Source: the human T2T-CHM13v2.0 reference genome, Homo sapiens
Assembly: GCA_009914755.4 (NCBI GenBank)
Contig: CP068257.2
Location: forward strand, 31,328,001 to 31,392,000
DNA: 64,000 nt
Reading direction: 5' to 3'
The stretch's first letter is position 1; each line of letters begins with the position of its first letter. The notes below the pieces were generated by a model, which was given only the letters and a program-made list of their open reading frames with translations, made no database searches and was not told where the DNA came from. Shown in pieces: positions 51,861 through 62,739 of this stretch. The position numbers were made by a program, and so were the translations under genes.

Positions 51861-52287
51861 GGTGATATGGTTTGTATATTTGCTCCCACCAAACCTCATG
51901 TTGCAATTTGATCCTCAGTGTTGGAGGTGGAGCCTGGTGGGAGGTGTTCAGATCATGGGTCATGGGGGCAGATCCCTCATTGAATGTCTTGGTACCATCT
52001 TCTCGGTAATGAATGAGTTCTCACTCTATTGGTTCCTATGATAACCAATTGTTAAAAAAGAGCTTGGACCTCTCTCCTCCTCTCTCTTCTTCCTTCCTCT
52101 CTGGCTGTGTGATGCCTGCTCTCCTTCACCTTTTGCCGTGATTGGAAGCTTCCTGAGGCCCTCACCAGAAGCAGATGCTGGCACCACACTTCTTGTACAG
52201 CCTGCAGAACCATGAGCCAAATAAACCTCTTTCCTTCATAAATGACCCAGCCTCAGGTGTTTCTTTATAGCAACACAAACTAAGACA
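51861..52287 (+). mobile_element. MST-like ERVL-MaLR solo LTR, plus orientation
   Basis: starts 'gtgatatggtttgtatatttgctcccaccaaacctcatgttgcaatttgatcctcagtgttggaggtggagcctggtgggaggtgt..gatcatgggggcagatccctcattgaatg' and ends '...cttcaccttttgccgtgattggaagcttcctgaggccctcaccagaagcagatgctggcaccacacttcttgtacagcctgcagaaccatgagccaaataaacctctttccttcataaatgacccagcctcaggtgtttctttatagcaacacaaactaagaca'. Confidence 0.8.
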
Positions 52288-53269
52288 TCAGGGAAGAGTG
52301 AGAACTATTTTGAAATTGAAACATGGATGTATGTTCTTCAATGCACATTGTGGGTTTCATGGAATTTTATTCTAATTCTGCAACTTGGAACACTTTTGTC
52401 CACACCCCGTTCTGGGGAGGTAATGGGGCCATGGAACCCTTTCTGTGTCCATCCATATTTCAGCCCTCCAGGAGGCTTTGCCAGGCAAGTTATACCTCAC
52501 TCTGGATGAGCCTCTGGACATCAAGAGACATCAATGGTGCCAAAGCACCATACTAGATTTCAACAGAGGCAGCATGCATGGCCCTTCAGAGAATGAAGGC
52601 TGGATCCTGGTCCCTGACATAGAGACCCTAAAGCACTCTCTCATCTCACCGTTCAGAATATGTGGATCACCCCCTTGGAGAGTTCTGGCCCTCAGGAAAC
52701 TTACACCTACCATCTAAAGTTCTACACTTCTACCCTGACTCCCACACTCCATAAAACCAGGGAGATGGAGCCCCAGCTGCACTGTCTCAGTCAGGGTCCC
52801 AGCAGGAAATAGCATACCCAAGTTAGGATACTTGGAAAGGGGCTAATTGACAAAGGGACTCATTACCACAATGGAGCCAGCATGTAGAGAAGCCACAAGA
52901 GATAGTACAGGGGTCAGAAGCTAGCAGAGCCAGAGCTGTCCCCAAAGAACAATGGGAGGGAGAATTTTCCAGAACCCAGAGGAAAGAGTTGTGCAGAAAA
53001 GGCTGCCTTGGAAGTAACCATGACCTAGTACTGGGGACATAGCTAAGCTGCAGTAGACATGACAGGGAGGAAGCCAAGGAGACAAATGCCTCAGTCTCCT
53101 CCCCGCACCAGGTTGACTGAGCCCAACTGGAGGAATCCAGGAGCAGAGCGTGGGGTGGAGGCAGAGGAGAGTGAACCCACCAGAGAGGTGAGGCTGAAGG
53201 CACTCGCCTCTCCATCATCACTGAGTCTGCTGCGCTGTCTCGCCTCCAACTGGTGGCTGAGTCTTTACT

Positions 53270-53640
53270 CTGGAGGCGCTTCCTAGCATTGCCATAACAA
53301 ACTGCTACCAACTTCATAGTTTAATACATGGATATTTATTGTCTCATAGCTCTGGAGGCCAGAAGTTCAAAAGCAAGGTGTTGGCCGGAGCGCATTTCCT
53401 CTGAAGGCTTTAATGGAGAATCCTTCCTCGCTTCTTCCAGACTCTGGTGGCCTCAGGCATTCCTCGGCCTGCTGCTGCATCACCTCCATCTCTGCCCCCA
53501 TCTGGCCTTCTCCTCCTGGCTGCATCTTCTCATCTTCTGTCTGTCTCAAATCTCCCTCTGCCTTTCTCTTATAAAGACACTTGTCATTGGATTTAGGGCC
53601 TGCCTGGTAATCCAGGATGATCTCATCTCAAGATCCTTAA
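53270..53640 (-). mobile_element. MLT1-like ERVL-MaLR LTR, minus orientation (upstream 52740-53270 may be the associated internal sequence)
   Basis: 'gccataacaaactgctaccaacttcatagtttaatacatggatatttattgtctcatagctctggaggccagaagttcaaaagcaaggtgttggcc...ctctgcctttctcttataaagacacttgtcattggatttagggcctgcctggtaatccaggatgatctcatctcaagatccttaacttaat'. Confidence 0.65.
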
Positions 53641-55699
53641 CTTAATGACATCTGCAAAGACCCGTTGTCCAAACAAGGGCACATTCACAAGTTCTGGGGA
53701 TCTGCACATATTTTTTTTAGGGGGGTGCACCATTCAACCCAGGACAAGGGGCAAGTCTCTTAATCCTTGGAAAACAGTCCTGGAAGGAAGCCCCACACTA
53801 TCAGAAGACCTGCTGACTCCTGCTCAAATCCATGCCCTGGACCTCCAAGGGCTCTGCACCGCCCCCAACGCCCCCCCAATCCCCGCAAAAGGAGACTCAG
53901 GTGGCAGGTCCTGCCTGAATCATTGTCAGTATAAGGGGCCTAGGGCAGTTTATGGGCCATGTCAGCTCCTAGGAGAAGATCTGTCCAGTGCTGAAAGTAG
54001 GGTGTTAAAGTCTCCAGCAATTGTTGTACTGGGGTATAGACCCCAGTACATCTGACTGGGGTCTATCTCTCTCTATATATAGAGAGAAATCTCTCTCTAT
54101 CTCTAATAATATTTACTTTATATCCCTGGTTGCTCCAGTGTTGGGTGCATATATATTTACAATTGTTATATCCTCTTGCTGAACTGACCCCTTTACGTTA
54201 TGCTACCTGCCAACCCATGCCACCCACTTCACATCAGCTGTCTGCTAGGAGCTCTGCCTACGCTGTCCCTCGCTGAGACATGTTAACCTCAGCTGCCAGC
54301 CCTAGGCCCAAGACCCAATAACTATGCTGGAGGTGACGATGACCTCCCAGATCTTTTCCAGAAACATCCCCCACTGCTTCAGGGCATTCACAGCTAAAGG
54401 TATACTTGGTCAGAGCAGCTAAAGGTATACTTCCAAAGTGAATCAATAGCAGTAGGAAAACGTAGTTCCTAGCATTTAAGATAGTGGTTCCTCAGTGTGA
54501 CAGAGATTGCTGGGTTTTTACCCCAATATTCATTCTCCTCTATTTTTACCATTCTATTTCCTAATGGGCTCCAATTGGTGGCACCTGGCCATGCATCTAA
54601 AGACTACACTTCCCAGCCTTACTTGGCTTTAGGTGTCGCCATGTGACTAAGCACTGGCCAATGGGATGTGAGTAGAAGTGATACACGCAGCCTCTGGGCC
54701 CTACCTTAAGAGAAGGTGGTGTGCCCTCTACTTCCCCCTCTTCCCACTGTTGACTGGAATGCATACATGATGGTGGGAGTCACAGCAGCCATCAGCACAA
54801 GAGAGGAAAGGCAACACAGGATGGATGCCAATGCAACAAGATAAAAAGACACTGTGGAGCCACTGTCTGGGCTGAGGGATGCTCCATACAGGCTGTTACA
54901 TGACAGAGAAATGTTGGCACAGCTGTTAAGCTGACATGAGGGTTCGTGGCTAAGTGATCTATCAATAAAAATACTTCCAGTGGAGGCTGCTAAGGGAGTT
55001 GGCGGGTGTGGGGGGAAACTAAGCCAGAGAGGAAGCCAAGAAAGACTGAAATCTCAGGCAAAAGTCCTGCTAAAGAGACTGGGCTTCTGACTGAACCCAC
55101 AAGGGATCTCTAGAGTAAAAATTATGCCTTGGCCCAGAGCTACAAAACCTTGCACCATCATTGCATTCAGCTCTCTCCATAGTCAGCAAAGTATCCCCAG
55201 GAGTCCACGCACAGCCCTGTGAAGATGAGTTGAAAATGTTGGCCATTGAGAGAGAAAGCACACCAAAGCCTAAAGGCATGCATGGAAAGGGTTAAAAGGG
55301 ACTGAAGCAGATGTGTCTGGACAGATGTCTTTGTTACGCTCAAAAGCATAAAACGAAAAGAAAGAGTGAAGAGGCAACCAGGACCTACAACATCTGCTAC
55401 GTAAGTTGGCCTAGGGTGAATCCTGATCACCACACCCACTTCCTGCCTGGCTTCACGAGTGACCAGAACATGCCCACTCACCCTTCCCTTACAGCATCCT
55501 CTAAAGTGAGGGATAGCCTCCTAATATTGCAATATTGTGTGAACCTGGAGTTTTGTTATGATTCTGCCCAGAGTAGCATTCAGGATTCAAACTCAGTTGA
55601 TATAACAAAGACATCTGCAGCAGACAGTTACCCCTCCAGACATCCAAAAGTCCCCACTCAGAGTTCAAAAGTCTGTTACCTTTGGTTAGTATTTGGTTT

Positions 55700-55965
55700 C
55701 AGTGCATTATAAAAACCAACATGATGGCTTTAACAAAGCAGAAGGGTTTGTTCTCTCATCTAAGAGACCAAAGCATTGGTCCCCAGCAGGTCTGGCACCC
55801 ATAGTATCAGCGACCCAGGTTCCTTCTCTTTTCATGCTCTTTTATATGTGGCCCCACAGCCAACTTATGATCCTCAATGACTCCTCCAGCCTCCACCATC
55901 ACGGAGGTTGGGGTTCTGCCTAGCTGGGAGATGAGAATGGAATGAGAAGAACATGCTGTCTCTGG
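55700..55965. repeat. copy A of a ~200-bp inverted/partly palindromic duplicated segment (partner at 56928-57110)
   Basis: 'ttaacaaagcagaagggtttgttctctcatctaagagaccaaagcattggtccccagcaggtctggcacccatagtatcagcgacccaggttccttctc' is the reverse complement of 57000-57100 ('gaaggaccctgggtccctgacactatgggtgccagacctgctgggaacaaatgctctggtctcttagatgagagaacaaacccttctgctttgttaaacc'). The sub-block 'ctagctgggagatgagaatggaatgaga.g.acatgct.tctct' occurs in the same orientation at 55921-55965 and 56928-56972. Peptides 'FNKAEGFVLSSKRP.H..PAGLAPIVS.TQ.PSLF' recur in the two ORFs. Confidence 0.7.
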
Positions 55966-56754
55966 AAGGATAGCTCTGGAAGTTGCCCATGCCACTTCTG
56001 TTTACTTCCTACTGGCCAGAACTTGGTCACAAAAGAGGCTGGGAAATGTAAGGAGTCTGGGATATGTAGTTTTAATTCCAGGTGGCCACATGCCAAACCA
56101 AAAAGCCTATTTCTACATAGAAAGTGGAACAGATTTGGAGGAACAATCAGCGATGTTTGCCATGCCGCCATATGACCAGGAAACCCTTGTGTTAATCACA
56201 TGCACTCTAACCACCTCTCAGGGCTGTGGAGGGAATCAAAGAAATTGTAATAATTGTGATCACAATTACTTCGAGCATAAAGTTTGAGAGCAGAGATGCT
56301 GCAGGACCTCAGCACCTATGACAGTTCATGGCACAGGAAAGGAGCTCAATAAACATCGATTGAATTATTTACTTAAAACATAAATATTCCTCAGCAGATA
56401 TAATGCATTGACGCACCTGGGCTGCTTTGCTCAACTCCTTGGAAAAGTCGCTGGTAAATCTTTGGAAGGATTGGAAATGGTTCCAGATGTTGAAATCATT
56501 TGTAATTTGTAGCATTGATGTTTTGAGGAGGGAAGTGACACTTTATTATTCTCCCCTGTAGCGCCACCGTGGTCAGTCTCGTCACCTATTCTGACATCCA
56601 AATTAGAAATCATCTTTTCCCTGGACTCAGGAAAATAAAAGTTGAGCATTTAAATTAGCCATCAGGCAGTCTCTCTTATACACTGCAACATAAATGGGGA
56701 CAACAACGGTTAAGTGACAATTTGGTAACATCTACCAAAATTACAATGCACAGA

Positions 56755-56895
56755 TTATGTGGCCCAGTAATGCTAATTCCAGGGATTTATCCTTATGATA
56801 TACTACATATTTACACCTGTGCAAATGAAAATTTGCCAGGTATTTCATGGGAGCATTGTTTGTAATACTAAAAAGCTGGACAGGCCACTAGCTGT
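56755..56895 (+). mobile_element. L1 (L1M) 3'-region fragment
   Basis: 'cccagtaatgctaattccagggatttatccttatgatatactacatatttacacctgtgcaaatgaaaatttgccaggtatttcatgggagcattgtttgtaatactaaaaagctggacaggccac' parallels L1 'cccagcaattccactcctaggtatatacccaagagaaatgaaaacatatgtccacacaaagacttgtacacgaatgttcatagcagcattattcacaatagccaaaaggtggaaacaaccc'. Confidence 0.5.
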
Positions 56896-56927
56896 CAATT
56901 AAACCTATAATGTGTTGGGATTCCAGC

Positions 56928-57110
56928 TAGCTGGGAGATGAGAATGGAATGAGAGGGACATGCTCTCTCTCTTGAAGGATGCCAAGAATGAAGAGAGAAG
57001 GACCCTGGGTCCCTGACACTATGGGTGCCAGACCTGCTGGGAACAAATGCTCTGGTCTCTTAGATGAGAGAACAAACCCTTCTGCTTTGTTAAACCTATG
57101 TTTATTATTG
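56928..57110. repeat. copy B of the inverted duplicated segment (partner 55700-55965)
   Basis: see copy A; ~85-90% identity over ~45 bp direct + ~100 bp inverted. Confidence 0.7.
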
Positions 57111-57891
57111 ACAGCAAGTGGCCCATCGAAAGACATTATGGCATGCCCATATTACAAAAGGATGGAAATATTTTTAAGGAAGAAACTTTTAACAGACAGC
57201 TACAAAGCCATCTCCAAGACACTAACTGGATAAAAGCAAGATGGAGAACAGTGTGCATAGTATGTTACCATTTGTATAAAAAGGGGAACAGAGTGTATAT
57301 GTTTACATTTGCTTCTATTTGCATAGAATACCTCTGGAAGGACAGACAAAAGAGTAACTGAGCAAGAGAACTGGGTGGCTGGGGGAACAAGTGTAGTAAA
57401 CAAACTTTGCATTATATGTTTTTGAATTTTGAACTATGTAAATATATCACATATTCAAAAATAATCAAACAAAAAATAATAGCTCATTAGCTTCATCTAG
57501 TGGTCTTATATATATTCTTTAAAATATGTCTGTCTAGATCCCTCTGATTGATTGCCCTACAAATAGGAGAGAAGAAATACTACTGTTTTTGCAATTACAG
57601 TAGGAAAAAGTGGACCCATCTGTACATTTCAGGCAGTGCCTAAAAGTACTGGGGCCAGCTTAGAGAAGTTTATTCAGTGCAGGAAGCACCCTGATCTCCC
57701 ATCATCTGGGGCACAGACTGTCCTAGCTTCTCTGTGACTGAGGCAAGAAAAAAAAAAAAGCACCATAAAGAGCCAGGTAGCTTTTTTTGAGGTTGGGGGG
57801 GTGGGGCAGTGGGAAGGTCCTAGTTTTGATTGGGCAAATAATTTTTCCTGCACCTGTGACCAATCTGGTGAGGATGTTTGAGAAACAATTC

Positions 57892-58180
57892 TTTTTTTTG
57901 GAGACAGTCTCACTCTGTCACCCAGGCTAGAGTGAAGTGACATGACCTCGGCTCATTGCAACCTCTGCCTCTTGGGTTCAAGCGATTCTCCTGCTCCAGC
58001 CTCCTGGGTAGCTGAGATTATAGGCTCCCACCACCACGCCCGGCTAATTTTTGTATTTTTAGTAGAGACAGGGTTTCACCATGTTGGCCAGGCTGGTCTT
58101 GAACTCCTGACCTCAGGTGATTCGCCTGCCTCGGCCTCCCAAAGTGCTGGGATTACAGGCGTGAGCCACCGCACCCTGCC
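57892..58180 (-). mobile_element. Alu SINE, full length, minus orientation
   Basis: 'ttttttttggagacagtctcactctgtcacccaggctagagtgaagtgacatgacctcggctcattgcaacctctgcctcttgggttcaagcgattctcctgc...ggattacaggcgtgagccaccgcaccctgcc'. Confidence 0.95.
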
Positions 58181-58574
58181 CTGAGGAAAAAATGTATTCT
58201 ATGTATTCTAAATATGGGCTGCAGGTATGTGTGTGTGTGTTTGTAGGTTTAGAAAGAGAGCATTCTCTATTCAGTGGAGAGAGCAAGGTACAGAAACAAC
58301 AGTGGACAGAGCATGCCACCATTTGTGTGAAAAAAGAAGAGAAAGAGAGATCTTTAAATATACTTTGTACTTGTGAAGAATATTTATAGAATACACAAGA
58401 AACTGTAACAGTAGTTGCCTCTGGGGGTCTGGGGGAAGGAGATCAGTTGTACCAGGGAGACTTACTTTTAATCAAATAACCTGTCTACTATTGGAGTTTT
58501 ACTTCAGGTACGTGCTGCACAGCAGCTATTCAAGACATGTTTTAAAGAGAAGGGAATTTCAGTTTATATGATGT

Positions 58575-58675
58575 CCTTCCATCCCCTCCTTCTTTCCTTC
58601 CTCCCTTCCTTTCCTTCCTTCCTTCCTGCCTTCCTTCCTTCCTTCCACTCTCCCTCCGTCCCTCAACCCCCCTTT
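58575..58675 (-). repeat. (TTCC)n microsatellite (GGAA on the minus strand)
   Basis: 'ccttccatcccctccttctttccttcctcccttcctttccttccttccttcctgccttccttccttccttccactctccctccgtccc'. Confidence 0.9.
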
Positions 58676-59799
58676 CTTTTTTATTTCTTTCTTAGTGCAA
58701 ACTGTAAACACCGCCTAAACAGAATGGCCTCTTTGCTTAGACAAATGCCTTCGATTCAACCTAGAAGCAGATGACCTTTTGTTGTTGTTGTTGTTGGAAG
58801 TGGGGAAAGAAAAAAGGAATCAATGTCTAAAACTCCCACACTTTGCAAAGTCACAGAACCCAAGTTCTGCCTGGTCACAACTGCAGTCAAGGAATGTCTT
58901 GCTCCCACCTTAAAGTCATTCTTCCTGGAGCCAACGAAGTCACTTAAAGACCAGTGGGCTCAGCTTTCCACACACACCTGCCTCTTCTTTGGGCAAAGTG
59001 GGAACCAATTCTTCCCTCTGTATCTGCAGGGAAAGACTCTGCAAAGGAGAGCGAGCTCTGGGCGCAGAGCGCCAAAGGGCCCAGGAGGAGAGCACGCCTT
59101 CCGTTCTTGTCAGGAGGGGGCCCTGACCCCAGGGTCTTCCCAGCACAACCATCCACACAGTGGAAACAGATTTCAGGGGGTCCAGCTCTGGCCAGTTTTT
59201 CAGGGCTGAACGAGCCCTGGGCAAAGGAGAGGAAGAGGCAAAGGAGAGGAAGGTCTAAAAGGGATTGAATGGTGCAGCCCTACACTGTTAAAGGGGATTG
59301 GGTGGATCTTGTTTTTATATGGGAAGACATCTAAGAGGTGCTGAGAAATGAAATAAAGCAGGTTACAAAGTTTGTATACAACCAGGCTGGAAGGGCATTC
59401 ATCAAAATCTTGACAGTGGTTTGCTGGGAGGGGCAGAGGTGTTGAAATGGTAATGGTGACGTTTGCTTTCTGTATCATTTCAAAGTTTTGGTTTGTTTTT
59501 GTTTATAATGCACATGCATGTTTTTAACAGCATGCTTACTGAATGTTATTTCACAGGTGGTCAAGGGGTTTGAAGGCACGACTATTCATATGATTTGGGA
59601 GAGGTTGCTGAATCTCCAGGAGATACCCTTGTGAGCTTCAGACTGGGGTCTGTGTCTGGGACTGGAAGACCCCAGGACATTGGAGAGAGGAGCAAAGCCT
59701 AGAGCATGAGCCCCAGAAGACGCCACTGTGCCGGTGCACCACCTGGGGACTTTGGCTTATGTGGATTCTGTTTCAGTAGATCTGGGTGGGATCGAGATC

Positions 59800-60650
59800 T
59801 TTTATTTCCAACCAACACCCACGTCCCAGGACCTCACTGGAAAGAGGCGGGCGGGCGCGGGGAGCCTTCCTGAGGTTCCTGGTTCTCAAGAGCCGGGTGT
59901 AAGGAAGGAAAATCAAAGATTGAATTTAGATGTATGTATTGGAGGGGAATATTGGAGGAAGGGGGAGCAGGGGAGCACGCCCAGCCTCCTCTCCTGTCTT
60001 TCCCGCCCCCTTGTCTAAACTCAAAACCGAGTCCGGGCGCGCCTTGCAGGGCGCCCGAGCTCTGCAGCGGCGTTGCGGGCTGAACCCATCCGGCACAAAC
60101 TGCGGGCCACTGGCCCCTCACACCTGGGAGTTTGCGGCGCTGGCCTGCAGCCCGGGGCCCACGTGGCGGAAGCTTTCCCGGGCGCGCGCTGCGCAGCCCC
60201 GCGGGGCCGGGGAGACACCGCTCGGGAGTCCTCCGCTCGGCTGCAGAATCTTTATCAGCTGCACTTTACCGCAGCCCTGGCTAGGACGCTAGGCGGTGGA
60301 GCGCCCTATCCAGGTGCGCCGCCGCACCATGGATCACCGCGCCCGGTCCCGCAGTCCCGCCATGGCCTGGGGAGGCCCGAAGCCCGGGGACAGTGGCCGG
60401 CCCATCTCCGGCTCCGCGGACCCCCGGCTCAGGCGGGAGGGCAGGCGGGTCCCTGCAGGCCCCCAGGGAGCCCGGGAGCCTCTCTCTGGCGTCATTCAGT
60501 CCCGGGGCAACCTGAAGCGCGGTAGATATTGGAGAGGGGGCGTCTGTTGGGGGGACCTGGCGTCATTACTGATGGCTAGCAGGGAGGAGGGAACGGGTTG
60601 TCACCTCGGCCTCATAAGGCCGTGAGTGAGTAGTCCAGGGCCTCTTCAGG
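59800..60650 (+). promoter_or_regulatory. CpG island 1: candidate promoter/first exon (gene not identified)
   Basis: abrupt rise to ~70% GC with dense CpG ('gggcgcgccttgcagggcgcccgagctctgcagcggcgttgcgggc', 'cccgggcgcgcgctgcgcagccccgcggggccgggg'); ATG in strong Kozak context 'gccgcaccATGg' at 60329; ORF terminates in 'aaggcc|GTGAGTgagtag' (GT at 60622-60623), a consensus-like 5' splice site. Confidence 0.6.
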
Positions 60651-61679
60651 CATTTTTGAAACTGGATTAACTAGGGGGGAAATTGTAGCACTGAAGCCAC
60701 CGTGACTGTCTTTTGCGCTGTGTGGAAACTCCGGTAAAACTCTTTGGGCAACAGTCTTATCACCAGCTCTTCAACGTGTGCAGCCCTTCTGGTCCTGTCC
60801 CTGTTCTGGGCCCCAGGAATGCAAAGCAGGTCCAGGCACTGTGAAGACCCTGGCGGTGGAGGAAGAGGCTTCCCGGCTGTGGAGGAAGCCAGACCCTTAC
60901 AACACAAGACGAGAACCAGACCTGCGTGGGGGAGCTCTGGATGCTACAGGGGCTCAAGGAGGGGTGGAGGGGCCTTCCCAGGCCAACCCCTGAACGGCTT
61001 GGACAAGATGCTCAGATGGACGGGAGGAACGGCGTGTGGGATGGGGGAGCTGGAGGCGGGTGGGTGGGGGGGGGAGGATGGGGAAAGCGCTGGCCCACCC
61101 AGTGTGGGAGGGGTAGAGGAAAAGCCCGCAGGGGCCAGGTTGGGACCCCGTAGGCCGGGTTAGAGGGCTTGGACTTGATCCTGACAGGCGACAGGGAGAC
61201 ATATTGCTACTTATTATGTGCACAGTGGCCAGATCTCTAAAGAAAACACCATCCCCCACCCCCACCCCCCATATAGTAAACCAGGTGGTCCGCCCAGTGC
61301 TCCCAGGGAGGTGATGGGAAATCCCACTCCATACCCTGCGGTGAGGGGTTCCATGCCCTCCACGTGTGCAACTACTCCGGGCCCAGGGAAACACTGGGCC
61401 CCATCCGGTAACCCCCGGCCCAGTCGGGTTTCCCAGTTCACATTATAACCAAACGGTCTTGCCAGCTAGACAGACAGACACCCCTGACCTGTTTACCCTG
61501 ATCCTCTGCTCTCAGGATTAATCACAACTTGTCGAAGGGGGTGGCTTCCAGTGGGGTGGACCGCTCTGTCAATGCCAGCGTGTGTCTAGCATCTCCTGGG
61601 GTGGGGGTGTGGGGAAGGGAGGTGTAGGATGAAGCCCTAGAAGCCTCAGGCAATTGTGATCCGGTGGGCTGGATACTGA

Positions 61680-61830
61680 AGCCCACCCCTGCCTTGACCT
61701 CAATTTTCAGTATCTTCATCTGTAAAATGGGAACAACCTGCCTTCCTCCTAGCCCTAAAGGGGCTGCTGTCAAGATTGGCTGAGATAGCTGTTTGCAAGC
61801 TGAGCTCAATGAAAGTTCATTGTGTCCCCC
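61680..61830 (+). mobile_element. MIR core fragment
   Basis: 'cttgacctcaattttcagtatcttcatctgtaaaatgggaacaacctgccttcctcctagccctaaaggggctgctgtcaagattggctgagatagctgtttgcaagctgagctcaatgaaagttcattg' (MIR 'cctcagtttcctcatctgtaaaatgggg...' core). Confidence 0.45.
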
Positions 61831-62739
61831 TCAGTCCTATCCCAATATCGTCTCACTGCAAAGGTGGGGGGCAGCTTAACTTCAAGGGCACTTCAAGGAT
61901 AGCCAGGTGGCTGTCAGCCCAGCTTTCCAGGATGGGAGCAGGATCTTGACAGAAGGGTTGACTGGGAGGGGCAGTTGCTGGTTTGGGCTTCGTTAGGTTG
62001 CATTTTTGTTTGTTGTCCTTTCATTTCCCTGGGGCAGCACCCCTTCCTGCAAGCTCCAGGCCTTCCTCTGGAATGCTCCTAGAGCCCAACCTCTGCTGGT
62101 GCCTGAGCTTAAGCCAGGCCAGCTAAGGGGATCCTGGATTCACACGGCCTCACAGTCACTCAGATTGTTAGCAGAAGACAAAAATTACAAGGGGAGGGCG
62201 TCATGTGATTCTTACACACCCTCCAAATCCAGCAGACACCTTGGAAGCCACAGGTAGCTTCAAGAAACCCATTTTACGGATGAGAACCTGAGATGGAGAA
62301 AGGACAACTGGAGATCTCTGAGTCTCTGAGCCCACACTCCCTACCTCCCTGCACCTCCAGGCACTCTGCTGGCAGGATCTTGGGCAAATGCCCACAGCTC
62401 TCTGAGAGTCAGTTTTCCTGTCTGTAAAATGGGAGTCATACCTTCCTCCTATGGCCGGTGAGAGACTAAATTAAACTATGTCTGTCAAGACACCTGAAAC
62501 TCCTGGCACAATTTAGGTTGCCTTCAAGTGGTCACAGTTGTCATTAGGTGGAAGTCAACACCCCAATCATTGTAAAGGTGCCCATATACCCCAAGATCCA
62601 GATTACAGCTCTCACAGTTTATTATATACAGCGAAAAAACACATAACACACCTTTGCCCACATTTACATGTATTTTACGGACCATGTTTCACATCAGTCC
62701 GCATGCACATCTGCACGTGTGTGCATTCGGCAGTATTTA

